A DNA stretch of 64,000 nucleotides, taken from positions 54,684,001 through 54,748,000 of the forward strand of contig OX597816.1 of NCBI GenBank assembly GCA_951406725.2. The letters are read 5' to 3'. This DNA is from Octopus vulgaris (lineage: Eukaryota). Made by a program: the position numbers and the translations under genes. Shown here piece by piece: positions 38,770-51,825 of this stretch. A model generated the notes under the pieces. It had not been told where the DNA came from, did no database searches, and saw only the letters and a program-made list of their open reading frames with translations. The first letter of the stretch is position 1. Every line of letters starts with the position of its first letter.

Positions 38770-39760
38770 GGAGGTTGGATGCGAACACAACATTAGAGCA
38801 GAAGAAAACAGCAGAGCATGGTATGTAAAAAATGCCACAGAACTCTATTACTACAAGTAAGAAGGTCAGACCTTTTTAGGATAAAAGATTGCAAAGATAA
38901 AGCACTATACAAGCAATTGAAACCGAATGAAACTGAAAATAGGTGGGTATAGAAAAGAATGCATTATCAATTTCGTAGGGATGTTGAAGATAAGACAGAC
39001 AGAGAAAAAAGAAGGCTGTGGATGACTAAAAGTGATTTAAAACCGGAAAGGGAGGTTCTAATCTATGCTGTCCAAGAGTAAGCACTAAGAACATACTACA
39101 TAAAATACAGAATTGACAACACAGCAGAAAATGATAAGTGCAGAATCTGTGGACAAAACGCTAAAATCGTATGGCATATTACCAGCCAATGTACGTCACT
39201 AGCCCAGAAGAAATATAAGAGACGCCACGACAATATAGCCAGACGTGTCCATTGGGGGGCATTCTGCAACAAGTATGGACTTGACAGAGCAAACATTGGT
39301 TCGACCACAAACCGGAAAGCATTGTCTAAAATAGAAATGCAAAGGTCCTATGGCATTTTGTGATTCAGTGCGACCATGAGATTGAGAATAGGAAGATTGA
39401 GAAAGAAAACAAACTATGCTGGATCATAGACATATCACACCCAACTGACAACAAGGTATGTGATAAGAAAGAAAGAAAAGTTGATGGATATGACAGGTTA
39501 GCTTGGGAGGTTCAGCAGTTATGGACGACAAAAAAATTTATTCTAGCATTAACAATTGTCGGAGTGAGCAAAAATCACGAGAAGTACATGGAACAACTAG
39601 GGGCTGCAATAAGGTTGGAGCACTTGCAGAAAACAGCACTGCTTGGAACCGCTGAATACTCCGGATGGCGCTCGAAAAATAAGGGGTGTCAATTTAATTC
39701 CCTGGTAGTGAATAGCTGACATCCTAATACATCTCCAGCGTCAGAAGCTGTACAAAGGCA
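38770..39760 (+). mobile_element. second R4/Dong-like 3' fragment (zinc finger plus restriction-like endonuclease)
   Basis: CRICG..VWHITSQC..YKRRHD, IQCDHEIE, IIDI..P.D, K...Y..L, LQKTALLGTA; followed by (GAT)n/(AAT)n. Confidence 0.85.
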
Positions 39761-39787
39761 ATGATGATAATGATGATGATGATGATG

Positions 39788-39839
<52 letters not shown>

Positions 39840-39840
<1 letters not shown>

Positions 39841-40171
39841 CTAAAACAATACCTGTTGTCATAGGTGCCCTGAGAATGATAGCAAAAGGGGCTGATTGCT
39901 ACCTAACTCAGATACCAGGAAATCCCAGAATGGCAGAAATTCAAAAGATAGTGCTCATGGAAACTGCTCATATCCTACGCAAAATACTTTCTATGTAATC
40001 TCAAGTTTTAAAACAAACATAATTTTCATATGGGGTTTTTTAGGCATTCATTAGAACAACACTAAGTACAAAACCAAATATATGGCGCCCTAGGCATAAC
40101 ACCAACATGAACTTCCAACTTGTTGTCTCTTGAGGTCTCTGTAAATGTAAATGTAAAGCAAATGTCAAACA

Positions 40172-40172
<1 letters not shown>
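39840..40172 (+). mobile_element. third R4/Dong-like 3' fragment with 3'UTR
   Basis: TIPVVIGAL...EIQKIVLMETAHILRKIL*; (AAT)n on both sides. Confidence 0.8.
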
Positions 40173-40252
<80 letters not shown>

Positions 40253-40324
40253 TAATAACAACAACAACAATAACAAACACTTTCAATACAGTTACCATCA
40301 GAGCATCACAACAAAACACAGCAC

Positions 40325-40388
40325 ATACCCAAGGCACACAGAGCTCCGCTCGGTAGTGAGGTGAATGCACGCTTTAAAAATAGAACTA

Positions 40389-40443
<55 letters not shown>

Positions 40444-40545
40444 GTAGTAATAATAATAATACCCAAGGCACACAGAGCTGCGCTCGGTAGTGACGTGAAA
40501 GCACGCTATAAAAATAAAACTACTGAATAATAATAATAATAATAA
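40325..40545 (+). repeat. two ~70-bp modules, each followed by (AAT)n
   Basis: TACCCAAGGCACACAGAGCT.CGCTCGGTAGTGA.GTGAA.GCACGCT...ACTACTG at ~40326 and ~40460. Confidence 0.8.
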
Positions 40546-40639
40546 TGGTTTCAAATTTGGGAACCTGATTAATCGGTTACATCGAACCGCATACTTATTT
40601 TATCGACGCCGAAAAGATGAAAATCAAAGTAGAACACGG

Positions 40640-40965
40640 TGGAGAAAAAGATTGAGAATTACAAACCACTAAAAGATGAGGTTGTGCGAAAGTGAGCAAT
40701 GAAGAATATAAGTGTCATCTCAGTTGTTGTAGGGAGAGTAGGAGCATTAAGAACCAGGTTTGAGAAATGTGTTGGAGCAACTGGGATTGACATGGGAGCA
40801 GAAAACTGTTCAGAAAACTGCTTTATCGGTGACAACACGGAAGTTGAAGTTGGTACTTGGAAGGATCCTCATATAAGACGCAGTGAAACGCTTGACAGCA
40901 GATTGTTGTCTGTTCTTACGAAATTAACTGCAGTAATTGAAGTCGAGTTCTCTGACAAATAAAAT
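40640..40965 (+). mobile_element. fourth R4/Dong-like 3' fragment
   Basis: EKIENY.PLKDEV...VISVVVG.VG...VQKTAL; followed by (AAT)n. Confidence 0.7.
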
Positions 40966-41122
40966 GATAATAATGATAAAAATAATAATAATAATAATAA
41001 TAATACAAAATGCATATTTTTGCCGATCGGCATCGAAAGTGTGCAATCCAAGTGTTGTACTAAATTGCTCTGTCTATTGTTGCAGAGAAGTAGAAACTCG
41101 TAATCTTCCCTTGCCATCACCC

Positions 41123-41123
<1 letters not shown>

Positions 41124-41171
<48 letters not shown>

Positions 41172-41178
41172 CATTATT

Positions 41179-41217
<39 letters not shown>

Positions 41218-41343
41218 ATTGTTGTTGTTGTTGTTATTATTATTATTATTGTTGTTGTTGTTATTATTATTATTATTATTATTACTGTTGTTGTTATTAT
41301 TATTGTTGTTGTTATTATTATTATTGTTATTATTATTGCTATT

Positions 41344-41416
<73 letters not shown>

Positions 41417-41505
41417 GTAGTAGTAGTAGTAGTAGTAGCAGTAGTAGTAGTAATAGTAGTAGTAGTTGTAGTGATAGCTTTAGTATTAGTTTGAGCAGTA
41501 GTTGT
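41124..41505. repeat. compound (TTA)n/(TTG)n/(GTA)n microsatellite
   Basis: Directly visible; explains the poly-Leu ORF. Confidence 0.95.
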
Positions 41506-42457
41506 TGTTTAGGTCCAGGTTACAGTACAAAGCTAACGAGGAAAAATATTCCAGTCATAGCCAACCTTACATTTCAGGGGAACACGCTATCCCTCATTAC
41601 TTGTATGATTTAGCAATCAGTAAGATGCATTTTCGTTGCTTTTTAGGAAGGGAACAGATGAATTCCAAACACATCATGGATTCCTCTTTTGTCATTAAAA
41701 TGACGGCCCGTGTCAAGGCAAGATCTGAACCTGTATCTCTTCATTCACTTGACTAAACAACCTATCTGTCCACACACCACTCTGTCAACTAATGTTAAAA
41801 AAAATAAGCCTGCATTTCTGTTAGAAAGGAAACGTTAATTAAATTCTGTGAACACCAATAAAATGTTTGCAACCATAGCTGATATGAGGAGGTGGCTGAC
41901 ACACCAGTCATTCGCTCCTCTTCCCTCTCCTCTAGTACTAAGTCTATGGTGAAATATGGCATTAAAATTTATGATCGCTATTCATCGATTATTCATCAGT
42001 TTGTGTATCTATAGTAACACGATGACGGTCGTTTCTTATTGGCTTAATAAGCTGTACACTGAAAGACAATATATGCGAGTGGTACCATTAAGAAGGAACC
42101 GTTGTAAATCAAATGTGACAGATCAATAAGTGATATATTTCATGGCACTGCAATATTAATAAACTGTTCGAACGGTGTCAGTGGTATTGTCCTGTTTAGG
42201 TTACAATACTAACTATGCGGGGATTGAAAAATATGGAAGGCTATAACATATTCAGGCAGATTTCGCTACAATTGTAAGCTCATACGCTATCATTGTGTCA
42301 ACTGCAAACTACGGAGCAGTGTACAGTTTCATACAGCCTACTGTGCATTATAAAACACTAATCAGATGTTATGTAGTTTAGTATAAATTCCAAAAGATGA
42401 AAGTCTGTACAGAAACTATAAACTACGGGAGACTTTATAGTTCCTATGTTGACTACC

Positions 42458-42657
42458 TATTTCTTTATTACCCACAAAGGGCTAAACACAGAGAGGACAA
42501 ACAAGGACAGACAAACGGATTAAGTCGATTACATCGACCACAGTGCGTAACTGGTACTTAATTTATCGACCCTGAAAGGATGAAAGGCAAAGTCGACCAC
42601 GGCGGAATTTGAACTCAGAACGCAGCGGCGGACAAAATACCGCAAAGCATTTCGCCC
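42458..42657 (-). mobile_element. SINE family B, 5'-truncated, 7-bp TSD
   Basis: Matches 463-850; GACTACC at 42451-42457 and 42658-42664. Confidence 0.85.
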
Positions 42658-43196
42658 GACTACCGTTAATCCAGACTTTTACTCTCGGTCGGAATTTTCC
42701 TTGCATGAGGAAACGTAATATTTTATTCATCCCTTCAAAGGACAATGTCTCTGAGTCCGTTTTCTATTGGTCAGTGACCCGTTCCTTCTCAACCTCTGTC
42801 CCCATCGTCAGCTTTCATTATCAGTCCACAAACGCCCTGCTCCCATCCCTCCTTTTTTCCACCACTGTCCGCTTTTCTATCTCCTCTATTTCTAACTCCA
42901 GTTTTCAAGATGAGACAAAAATATCTTTCATCACTACGTCTTTTGCCTTCTTCGGTGAATACTAACAGGGTCTCTCTAGTACTAGATCTCTTGATGTCTG
43001 ATAACCATACTTCATGTATCGTCGGTTCTTGCTTTGGATATGTCAGTACTATTGCTATCAGCAACACCGTTTCGAAAAAGGCATACAAAATTTACCATCT
43101 ATAGATTCCACTCTATTTCATTTGCATAATTACGGTCTGTCTAGTCTCTCCTTCTTTCTTTCGCTCTGTCTGCCTGTCTGTCTGTCTGTCTGTCTG

Positions 43197-43242
<46 letters not shown>

Positions 43243-43978
43243 TACTTTATCGCTTTTTATCTGTCTCTATATTCTCTCATTTAATTTAACCAAGTGTGGC
43301 CGTTTGTACTATAGAAACATGTAAGATTTTGGTGAGTTCTATACGAGTCAAAGATGATAATGAATAAATGATATATACTCGTATTAAGTGGCAATATATA
43401 ACGGTAGAAATATTGCTACATTCGTAGACACCTCATTAGTGAAATATATAAAAGGTATCAACGGAAATTAGCAACAAGCGAAATATTACGTACAGATGTT
43501 TATGGCGTCAAACGTGTTTGAACATTTCCGGTTAATGACGCCTTTTATACTGTTTCAGAATTAATTGATCTCACTTGTATAATAATGCTGACTGTATGTA
43601 GTTCCCAGATTGTGTTGAAACTTAATTTAAACAAAATGAAAAATATAGACGAAATGTAGTAAACAAAATTACATTAACAACTTGTTGTAAATGCTATTGG
43701 TAATGCATTCGAATGTTTTCCGTTCATTTACCTCGGGTATGTAGTGTTTGTAAGGGGTGGCGATAATCATTGGAAATATTAAAAAAACATTGAACAGAAA
43801 AAAATGTGATTCTTTGGCTTGTCCGTACATTGGTGATTAAAATAATGTTTGAAGTAATAAATGCTTATGTATACATGCTTACTCACGTACAGACATTCAT
43901 ATATACGTGTGTTTGTGCATGTGTGCGTGTGTGTGTGAATATCTCTGTATATATATATATACAAACACGCATATATAA

Positions 43979-44013
<35 letters not shown>

Positions 44014-45845
44014 AACACACACACACACACATATATATGTGTAAATATATGTGTATGTATGTAGTTTGTGTGTGTATGTATGTATGCAAATCAGATTCAC
44101 TTAACTAGTGTTGGCGTAAAGTTTCACAGAAAGAAAGAACTCTAGGACTTGTGTATTCAGTACCGTTTCGTATTTAGAAATTTAGTGTCTTATTTGTGAT
44201 ATGATAGAAGATCTAGATAACTATTAATTAGACATATCAAAGACCTAGGTTTAATTATACCTTAGAGCTTTACAGAAATTTTGGCATGTATTTGCAGTTT
44301 TTGAAACTCTTAATTGTCTCTGATATGGAAATAAGAAACAATGACCACAGGCTTTTGCAACAAGTGTTAGATTCAACTCAGAGACACCCAATATACGTGA
44401 TTGATTTTCCACAAGTTAATCAGGCAAAGTAGTTTATAGTGAAATCCTGTCAACGCCTCACTTGTTCAAGTTGAAATTTCATTAATAATGGAATCTCCGA
44501 CACATAAATTTATCCAAATAAAATTCTCATTTCTAAAATCATGATTTACTAAAAGAAGCGACGATTTTAGCGACGAAAGTCTTAGGAATTAGGACATTCA
44601 AAACTTTTCTAGAACCATTAGTATTCTAGAATTGTTATAACGAAAAGAAAAAGTCTGCTGGTGATGTCATTGTTATCCATTGACGACAAGGAACAAAGCT
44701 ATAATCATTTAAATATTTCATTGTTAACATCTCTGAAGAGTAACATTCGAGCCAGATGTAATTTAAAACTAACGGCTGATGTACAGGTTGGCCTATTTCT
44801 CATGTCTGGTTTACATTCCTTCTTATAATGTCTGATATAACATTAGCATGAAATTCTTGGCAATAATTCCAGTACATGCACGAAGTCATTTGTTTTGGAG
44901 AGGTGAAAATTTTGTAATTAAAATGTAGCCAAGGTGTTTTGAAATGAAAATGAAAGGTGATGGCTGAGTGAACTTCACGGATATTAAAGTTGACCATTTT
45001 TTATTCGTCCCCTATTTTAGCTCCCATATTAGATTGTTGTTGGGGATTAAAAGAACAACATGAATAAACGATCGTTGATTGCATTATGTTTATCCCAGTC
45101 AGTGTCACATCCAAACCATTGAAAGAACGACCCTTATTTTTAAGTTTTGATGCAAAAGCTATTTAAAAGCTCGACATTAACTAAGTAAGCACTATCTTTT
45201 CGTGTGCTTGAAGTTGCAAACATCTGCAGAGATACGCTTTATCAGACACAAAATTATGAATGGAAACTTCCGTAAACGTATGAATGGGTATGGGTGTGTA
45301 TGTGTGAATACGTATGTGTGTGAGTGAAACAAGTGATGCTTTTTTTTTTTTACAAAAATATAATACTGTAAATATCTCTCCGCGTGTATGTACAACCGGC
45401 TACAATGTGTGACAAACAAATACACATATATACATATGTAATTGTGATAATTGTAAATATATATAGATCCCTCTCTATATATGTGTGTGTGCGTATACAC
45501 ACAACACACACACACACACATACACACACACTTAAATACACTTTGATATATTTATATTACATATATAATGTATATACACAGATATATTATATTAATATAT
45601 ACACATAAGTATATGATAAGAGTTTCAGATATTTGTCTTAAACATTGAGACAAACAAATTCATGATTCAGATGTATCACATGAGATATTACTTCATTCAT
45701 ATAACCACATATTTATATTAAGATAGTGATGCCTTAATATAAATCTCTAGCTCATATACGAGCGAAAAAGCAGTTGTTCTATATACTGGGGCCTTATCTC
45801 CATTAAAATTCTCGTATATATATATATATACATACATACAAACAT

Positions 45846-45985
<140 letters not shown>

Positions 45986-47534
45986 TACACGCACACATAC
46001 ACACACACATATCTAAGCTATATGCATACCATGACAAATGATATTTAATCAGGAATACAAACGTAATTATTTGCAAAGAAAATTACAGTTTGCCTTCAGC
46101 TGTCATTGTTGAAAACTTGAAATATTTTATTCTTTCATTGCATCTTTTGCTTACTCCTGTTCTATCTTCCCCGTTCTTCTCATTCCCAATCTGCTTGTTG
46201 TTGTCGCTGTTGTGAATCATGATCACGATTATCATTACGATCATCATGGTGATCATCATCTTCATCATCTTCATTGTCTTTCTCTTCTTGAAATCCTTTT
46301 ATCTTCTTCCGTTTTTACAGTCTTTTTATTACATTGTGATTAATGGTAACAAAAGTCATTGATGACGGTTTTATTCTCTCAAAGACATTTTTCAAGTAAG
46401 ATTAAAACTTGATACACATCTTGGACATGTTTTGGAAAGAAACAGAAAAGAAACCATAAGGAAGCAAATGATAGTTATCTTTCATCATTAGTTTAAAGAA
46501 TCTGAAGAGAAAATATACGAAACGAAAGATTAAATTATATTTCATTATTGAAATCTGCCGGATTTTTCTCCAATAATTGATCTCAATTGTATTTATCATA
46601 TTTCATCTTTTTTTTTTTGTTGCAGTTGGAGATTGATTTTGAAACGGAAATTCCTTGGAGAGTCAAGTTAAGAGTAAAACAGCTGTGTATACCATAGTTC
46701 GTATACTGGAGGAAAAGTTTGATTCTGAAGAAAAGAAAAACATTTTCGCTTTTGTTTTACAGGTACCTTTTTAAGTCACCTGTCGACTCGGGTTCGTATC
46801 TTGGTTTCGTTGTTGTATTACAATGGTTTCCCTTGGTTGCATACTGAATGCGTGTTGTAAAGCATGGAAGTCACAGTTTTACATAATCTTCTATTGTTAT
46901 CCGCTGAATACCATTGATTAACAGTTTACCGTTATTCAACATCTCCTTCACTTGGTATGGAAAAAGCCAGGATAATTTAGTTTCACTGTTTAAAATGGTC
47001 TCCTGTTGTTGCATCGGTATTTCATCATTTGTGAACATATTATGTTATTAGGGATCGAATATTATTAAATCAGAGATGGGACATTAATCATTGATTAATT
47101 TATTTTATTTCCAGACTGGTCTTCAGATTGACAATGTGTATGCATCAATGCCAGGATGTCACTGTGCTCGTTTCAAAGAAATTTATAAAGTAAAGATTAA
47201 ATTACTTCTAAAGTAAAAATATATAAATAAACGTGGCCAATAACGATGAATGTTGTGTGATTTGTTAGGTGCCAGTGGTTAGGCTAAAGAAAGATGTCAT
47301 GTTTCCAAAGTGAATGGGAGGAGAACACGTGACTAGCAATAATACTGGAAAAATTGGCTTCTTACAAAGAATCTCATTTACGCATCAAAGAACATTTTAG
47401 ATAAACAACTACTTGAACAAAAAATGTTGAATCTAGCACAATTGCATTCAAAATTAGAGTTGATGGAGAATGATGTCAAAACAGGGACGACAGATACTGG
47501 TTGCTTAAAATATAATTGTGAAGAATATCCAAGG

Positions 47535-47632
47535 CTGGCTGTGTGGTAGGACCTTTACTTCCCAGGCTCATGGTTCTGGGTTCAGTTCCACTGCCTGGCA
47601 ACTGACCGACCAAAGCCTTGGGAGTGGATTTA
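47535..47632 (+). mobile_element. SINE family A head fragment
   Basis: TGGCTGTGTGGTAG...GGGTTCAGTTCCACTG...GAGTGGATTT. Confidence 0.6.
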
Positions 47633-47819
47633 AGCCTCAGTCACATTAAAAAAAAGAAAAATTATATCAAACTTGGAAATGTTCATTTAATTTAAACATT
47701 ACCAACTATGTGAGAGTAACCGAAAAGATCCAAGAATAAAAAATATATATTTTGTAGGAGTTCAAACATCTAAAGTACTTCGTCATTATTCTCATTGCTT
47801 ATCTAAGAAGGGGAATATA

Positions 47820-48580
47820 TCAAATGGGTGCTTTTCAGGAAAGTGTTGCGTTTGTTTCCAGAGTTCCATTTGGTTCGTTCGAGTTCTTATTCATGCCATT
47901 TGGTTCGTGTGCAATGCCGCCAGCACTTCCGAGCGGATTGTTGATGAAATTGTCCGCGGGATGGATTTTGGTTTTTGCATTTGTAGATGACCTTTTGATA
48001 GGCAGTGATATTGCTAAGCATCATCATCAGCATTCATCTCAGTTATTCCAAGGTCTTCAATCTTACAACGTCATGGTCAACCCCACCAAATGTTCAGCAT
48101 TCAATTTTTCTTTGTATGAACACGTTCGAATTAAACTTCCATTTCTATGAATACGTTTTCCCTGTGTTACAATAAACCTTTTGTTGAAGAAATTGTGAAC
48201 TCTGTGTGTCCTGGTAGTCATTCGTTTCTAACGAATTCAGCATATAACATATTTTAGTCGATCACCAAAAGGACGCACTCGAAGTGCAGATCACTGCCTG
48301 GGCGTACTTCTTCAAGCTCTGCGTACTATTCGCTCCCTCCTCTTTACAACCACTAACACCATGCCTCACGAGAAGCTGTTCAACTTCTGGGATCTCACTA
48401 CCAGAATGGTTAGTGTAGGGTGGGCCTGCGCTCCTGAAGAAACAACCGCGGTTTTCAAAATAAGATCCAGCAATAGAAGAGGTTGAGTTACTTGACTGCA
48501 ATCTACAGTACGGCAGTATATACACTTATCGAGCGGCAAGAAGGAAATGGTTTCGTTGAAGCATCTAGCTCTGGGTTGAG
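47820..48580 (+). mobile_element. Gypsy LTR-retrotransposon pol relic
   Basis: PFGSFEFLFMPFG..NA, FAFVDDLLI, NPTKC (RT); weaker integrase-C-terminal similarity (KEMVSL). Confidence 0.75.
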
Positions 48581-49215
48581 ATGCAAAATTTTCCGATACA
48601 ACGACCGGGCTTGATACCTCGTCGTGCAAATAGGATCCTGTGGACGATTTTGAGGCGGAACACCGGCAGTTGAGACCGGAGTCAGTGTTATCGACTTGAA
48701 GAAGAAGTCAACTGTGCAAAATTTGATAATCTTAAGCAGTTGATAGCTGGCCAACAGCGTCTACACTCATACAACCTGAGAAACCGGATGCTGTGAACTA
48801 TCCGAAATACAGTAATGTCCCATATTATCTCCCCACCATTCCCTGGATAGATACATTTACTACTCACACACTCAGATTCTACAGTTGGAGAATATGTGAT
48901 AAAAATTGCTGTTATTCATACTCAGAATGATTTCCATCGTCTCGCCAACCAGTCGAAGACGAGGCTTTAGAATAATATTTAAACATCGCTAACTCCTGAT
49001 CAGCATGGTTCACAACCCAAACAACTAATAACGGATATCATACCCTCGTTCTTACAAAGCCTATTTACGACCAGTCATTTCCATCTCCTGTATTCAACAA
49101 TCACACTATTTTGATAACCAGAATTCTACACATACATGTTTTTTATGTACACGATTAGAGATCTTAAAGCCTTGCAACATTGCAAAACAATTATTCCATA
49201 CTATATTTTGAATTG

Positions 49216-49583
49216 TGACTGTGTGGTAAGAAGCTTGCTTCGCAAACACATGCTTCCAAGTTCACCTTGGCACCTTGGTCAAGTGTCTTCTAATATAGCC
49301 TTGAGCCGAACAAAGCATTGTGAGTGGATTTGGTAGATAGAAACAGAAAGAAGCTCGTCATATATGTGCATATGTGTGTATGTTTGTGTATGTGTGTGTC
49401 AGAGTTTGTTCCTCACCTCTGCTTAACAACCCATGTTGGTATGTTTACGTCCCCGATTGAATAAGTACCTAGTTTTCAAAAATAAGCCCTGGAGTTGATT
49501 CATCCGATTAAAGATTCTTCAAGACGGGGTTGTAGCATGGCCGCAGTCTAATGACTGAAGCATGTAAAAGAATAAAATAATAA
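49216..49583 (+). mobile_element. SINE family A, diverged full-length copy
   Basis: Head TGACTGTGTGGTAAGAAGCTTG through tail AGCATGGCCGCAGTCTAATGACTGAA. Confidence 0.8.
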
Positions 49584-49669
49584 AAGCAATTGGTTTAAGA
49601 ATTATTATTTGAACAAACCGATAACCAACCACAAGTAGACATTTAAAATATTTCTTGTTCTAAAACACC

Positions 49670-49853
49670 CTAAAATAAGGGAAAATCCGCGAAGTAGAAA
49701 CAGCACCGTACTGAATATTTAAAAAAAAAATTATTTTTATAATTTTTATTATATTTATTTAAAAATAAATACAAAGTAGCACCGCGGAAGAATCGACGTA
49801 AGCTTAAATAATAAACTGCGATAGGTGAGCCGTGATATTGCGAGGGATTAGTG
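49670..49853 (+). mobile_element. Tigger/pogo-like MITE right half
   Basis: Interior matches 51680-51820; end GCGAGGGATTAGTG|TA is an inverted match to CAGTAAACCCTCG at 51629. Confidence 0.6.
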
Positions 49854-50181
49854 TAAATAAATACCCACATATACAATACACACATTAGGCAATACCCTTA
49901 ATTATATTCTCAGTTTATGTTTTATACGATGTATCTAGATTATATCAGCTTTCACTGCTGATACACTGTACCTCAAGACATATCTACTGGAGGATTTGAG
50001 TTTAGTGATGAGAGAGCTCTTAAGACACGTATCAGTTATTCTGTCATCTAGCTATTTACTTCTGCATCTCTAATAATGTTGTTTCATTACGATAAATACG
50101 GACATTGCCATCTGTTAATCGAAGACTATTTTTTTGTTTCAACTAAAGCAAATCTTTATGGTTGATGTGATTTATCTAGTT

Positions 50182-51245
50182 CTAGATCAAGTCAAAATGT
50201 TCGAAATCTAAATAGTGCTTTTCGCGTATTTTCTTCAGAAGCTTAGTACTTATAGTTTGGTAAGCCTTTGCGAAATACATCTGGCGTTGATCGCTCCATT
50301 CTTTTCGAATTGTCACGGGGTTATTGTTATATATTTTGTTGAATACAGAATTAACAGTTTCAAGATGCAAGATTGTCGCATTTACGAAATCCGCAGCATT
50401 GAAGACTGCATTTCTGTGAATATAACCTTGAATTTGGAAAGCAGAAACTAACTTCGAAAATATTAATTTCTCCTCGTAGCAATGTTTGGGTGACCTGCCA
50501 TTGACATGTTTAATTGTAGACCCAATTAGATCTTCCATGGCTGAAATGGAATAGTTGTTGTGGGGTATTTTACTATTTTCTAAAACAGTCTTTTTTTATA
50601 TCTGTTTGTCCAAAGAAATCTGCCCTCTCTTTTACAAATGCTTCTAGTTTGATGATGAAATTATACTTTACAGAACACGATTTGCATAAATTAGTGATCG
50701 GATTCCAGGGCAGGTTGGAATTATCATTGCGTTCAGCGGTTATAAGTTGCAAAAATTCGTGGAATTGGACATCGTTGCCACATGTTACAGAATATGGACT
50801 CTTTCTATTCACATACGTTTGTATTTTTACTCCAAGAGTCGGCCATCTCTCAGGTAAAAATATTTTATCAACCTATGCCGAATAGAGGCGAGTAAAATGG
50901 TTTCGTGTGACAATAAGTCTATTTCGTGTGTTTCCAAATTCCTGAGTTCTTGAAAGATTTGGATGGTTCATCGTATGCATGTGGAAATGCACTGCTTCAA
51001 ATGGATTTATCTCTGTTTTCCGTGTCCCCCCCAGGGCACCCAAAACCCGCATTCAATAGGTGCAAGATACTTTAGGAACTTTGCAGTAAATCAAATCCAA
51101 TGGCCGAAACAGCCACAATTCGTTTGAAATTTATCTCATGAAAACTAAGTTCCTTGCACGTTTCTTGTAATGATTCTTTTTCTTCGTTGAAATTGCGATT
51201 CAAATAAAATTATTGAATCCTGATTCCGAAAACCGAAATATTTAC
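50182..51245 (-). pseudogene. carbohydrate sulfotransferase (CHST11-like, Sulfotransfer_2) catalytic exon, disabled
   Basis: Acceptor TTTTTCAG ending at 51246. Motifs LIYCKVPKVSCTY*MRV, RNHFTRLYSA*VDK, F.EF, W.P...LC..C...Y.FI.KLE and Y.DF..F. Stops at 51053 and 50873 plus about three frameshifts. Confidence 0.85.
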
Positions 51246-51628
51246 CTGAAAAATTGAAAAAAATTGCATTTAGTTGTTATTAACAAATATTGCTTATTCT
51301 TCTAGAGCATTTACGTATAATGATGCTGACTGGACAGGGCTGATATTAATTCCTTCATGAAGGCTGTGGTATTTTAAATGTAAAAAAAAAATGCCTTCAC
51401 TCACGAACTGAAATCGCTTTATACAGAACGGTGACAAGCTAATCTCTTTACGGGAACTTTGGGGCTACTTGATTTGTATAATTACAAAACGTAGCCTAAT
51501 GGTATGGATTATGGTAATTCAAGTATGTAGCGATGTTGTCGAATTCTTCTCTCCCTGAAGCATCCTAATCGATCGAATATAGGATCGCTTAAATATGTAT
51601 CAATGATGCACTGTAGCATTTTGAGTTG

Positions 51629-51825
51629 CAGTAAACCCTCGACTATCGCGGGTGTTACGTTCCAGATCCCCATATCCGCGATAAGTGAAAATCCCCGAAA
51701 TAGAAACAATACTGTGCTATATATTTTTTAAAATTATTTTTATAATTTGTATATATTTATTTTATTATAAATGCAAAGCAACACCACGGGGGAAACGGCG
51801 TAAGCTTAAATGATAAATAATAAAT
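51629..51825 (+). mobile_element. Tigger/pogo-like MITE left half
   Basis: Starts CAGTAAACCCTCGACTATCGCGG; interior is a direct repeat of 49670-49815. Confidence 0.6.

Noticed and set aside
40937-41494. Poly-Leu membrane protein ORF
   Set aside because: (TTA/TTG)n microsatellite.
42789-43088. GIY-YIG C-terminal fragment
   Set aside because: Only an R..ERYF-like hint; insufficient evidence.
50873-51055. Rescue of the sulfotransferase stops by A-to-I editing
   Set aside because: TGA could be edited to Trp, but TAG would give Trp rather than the expected Tyr, and several frameshifts remain.
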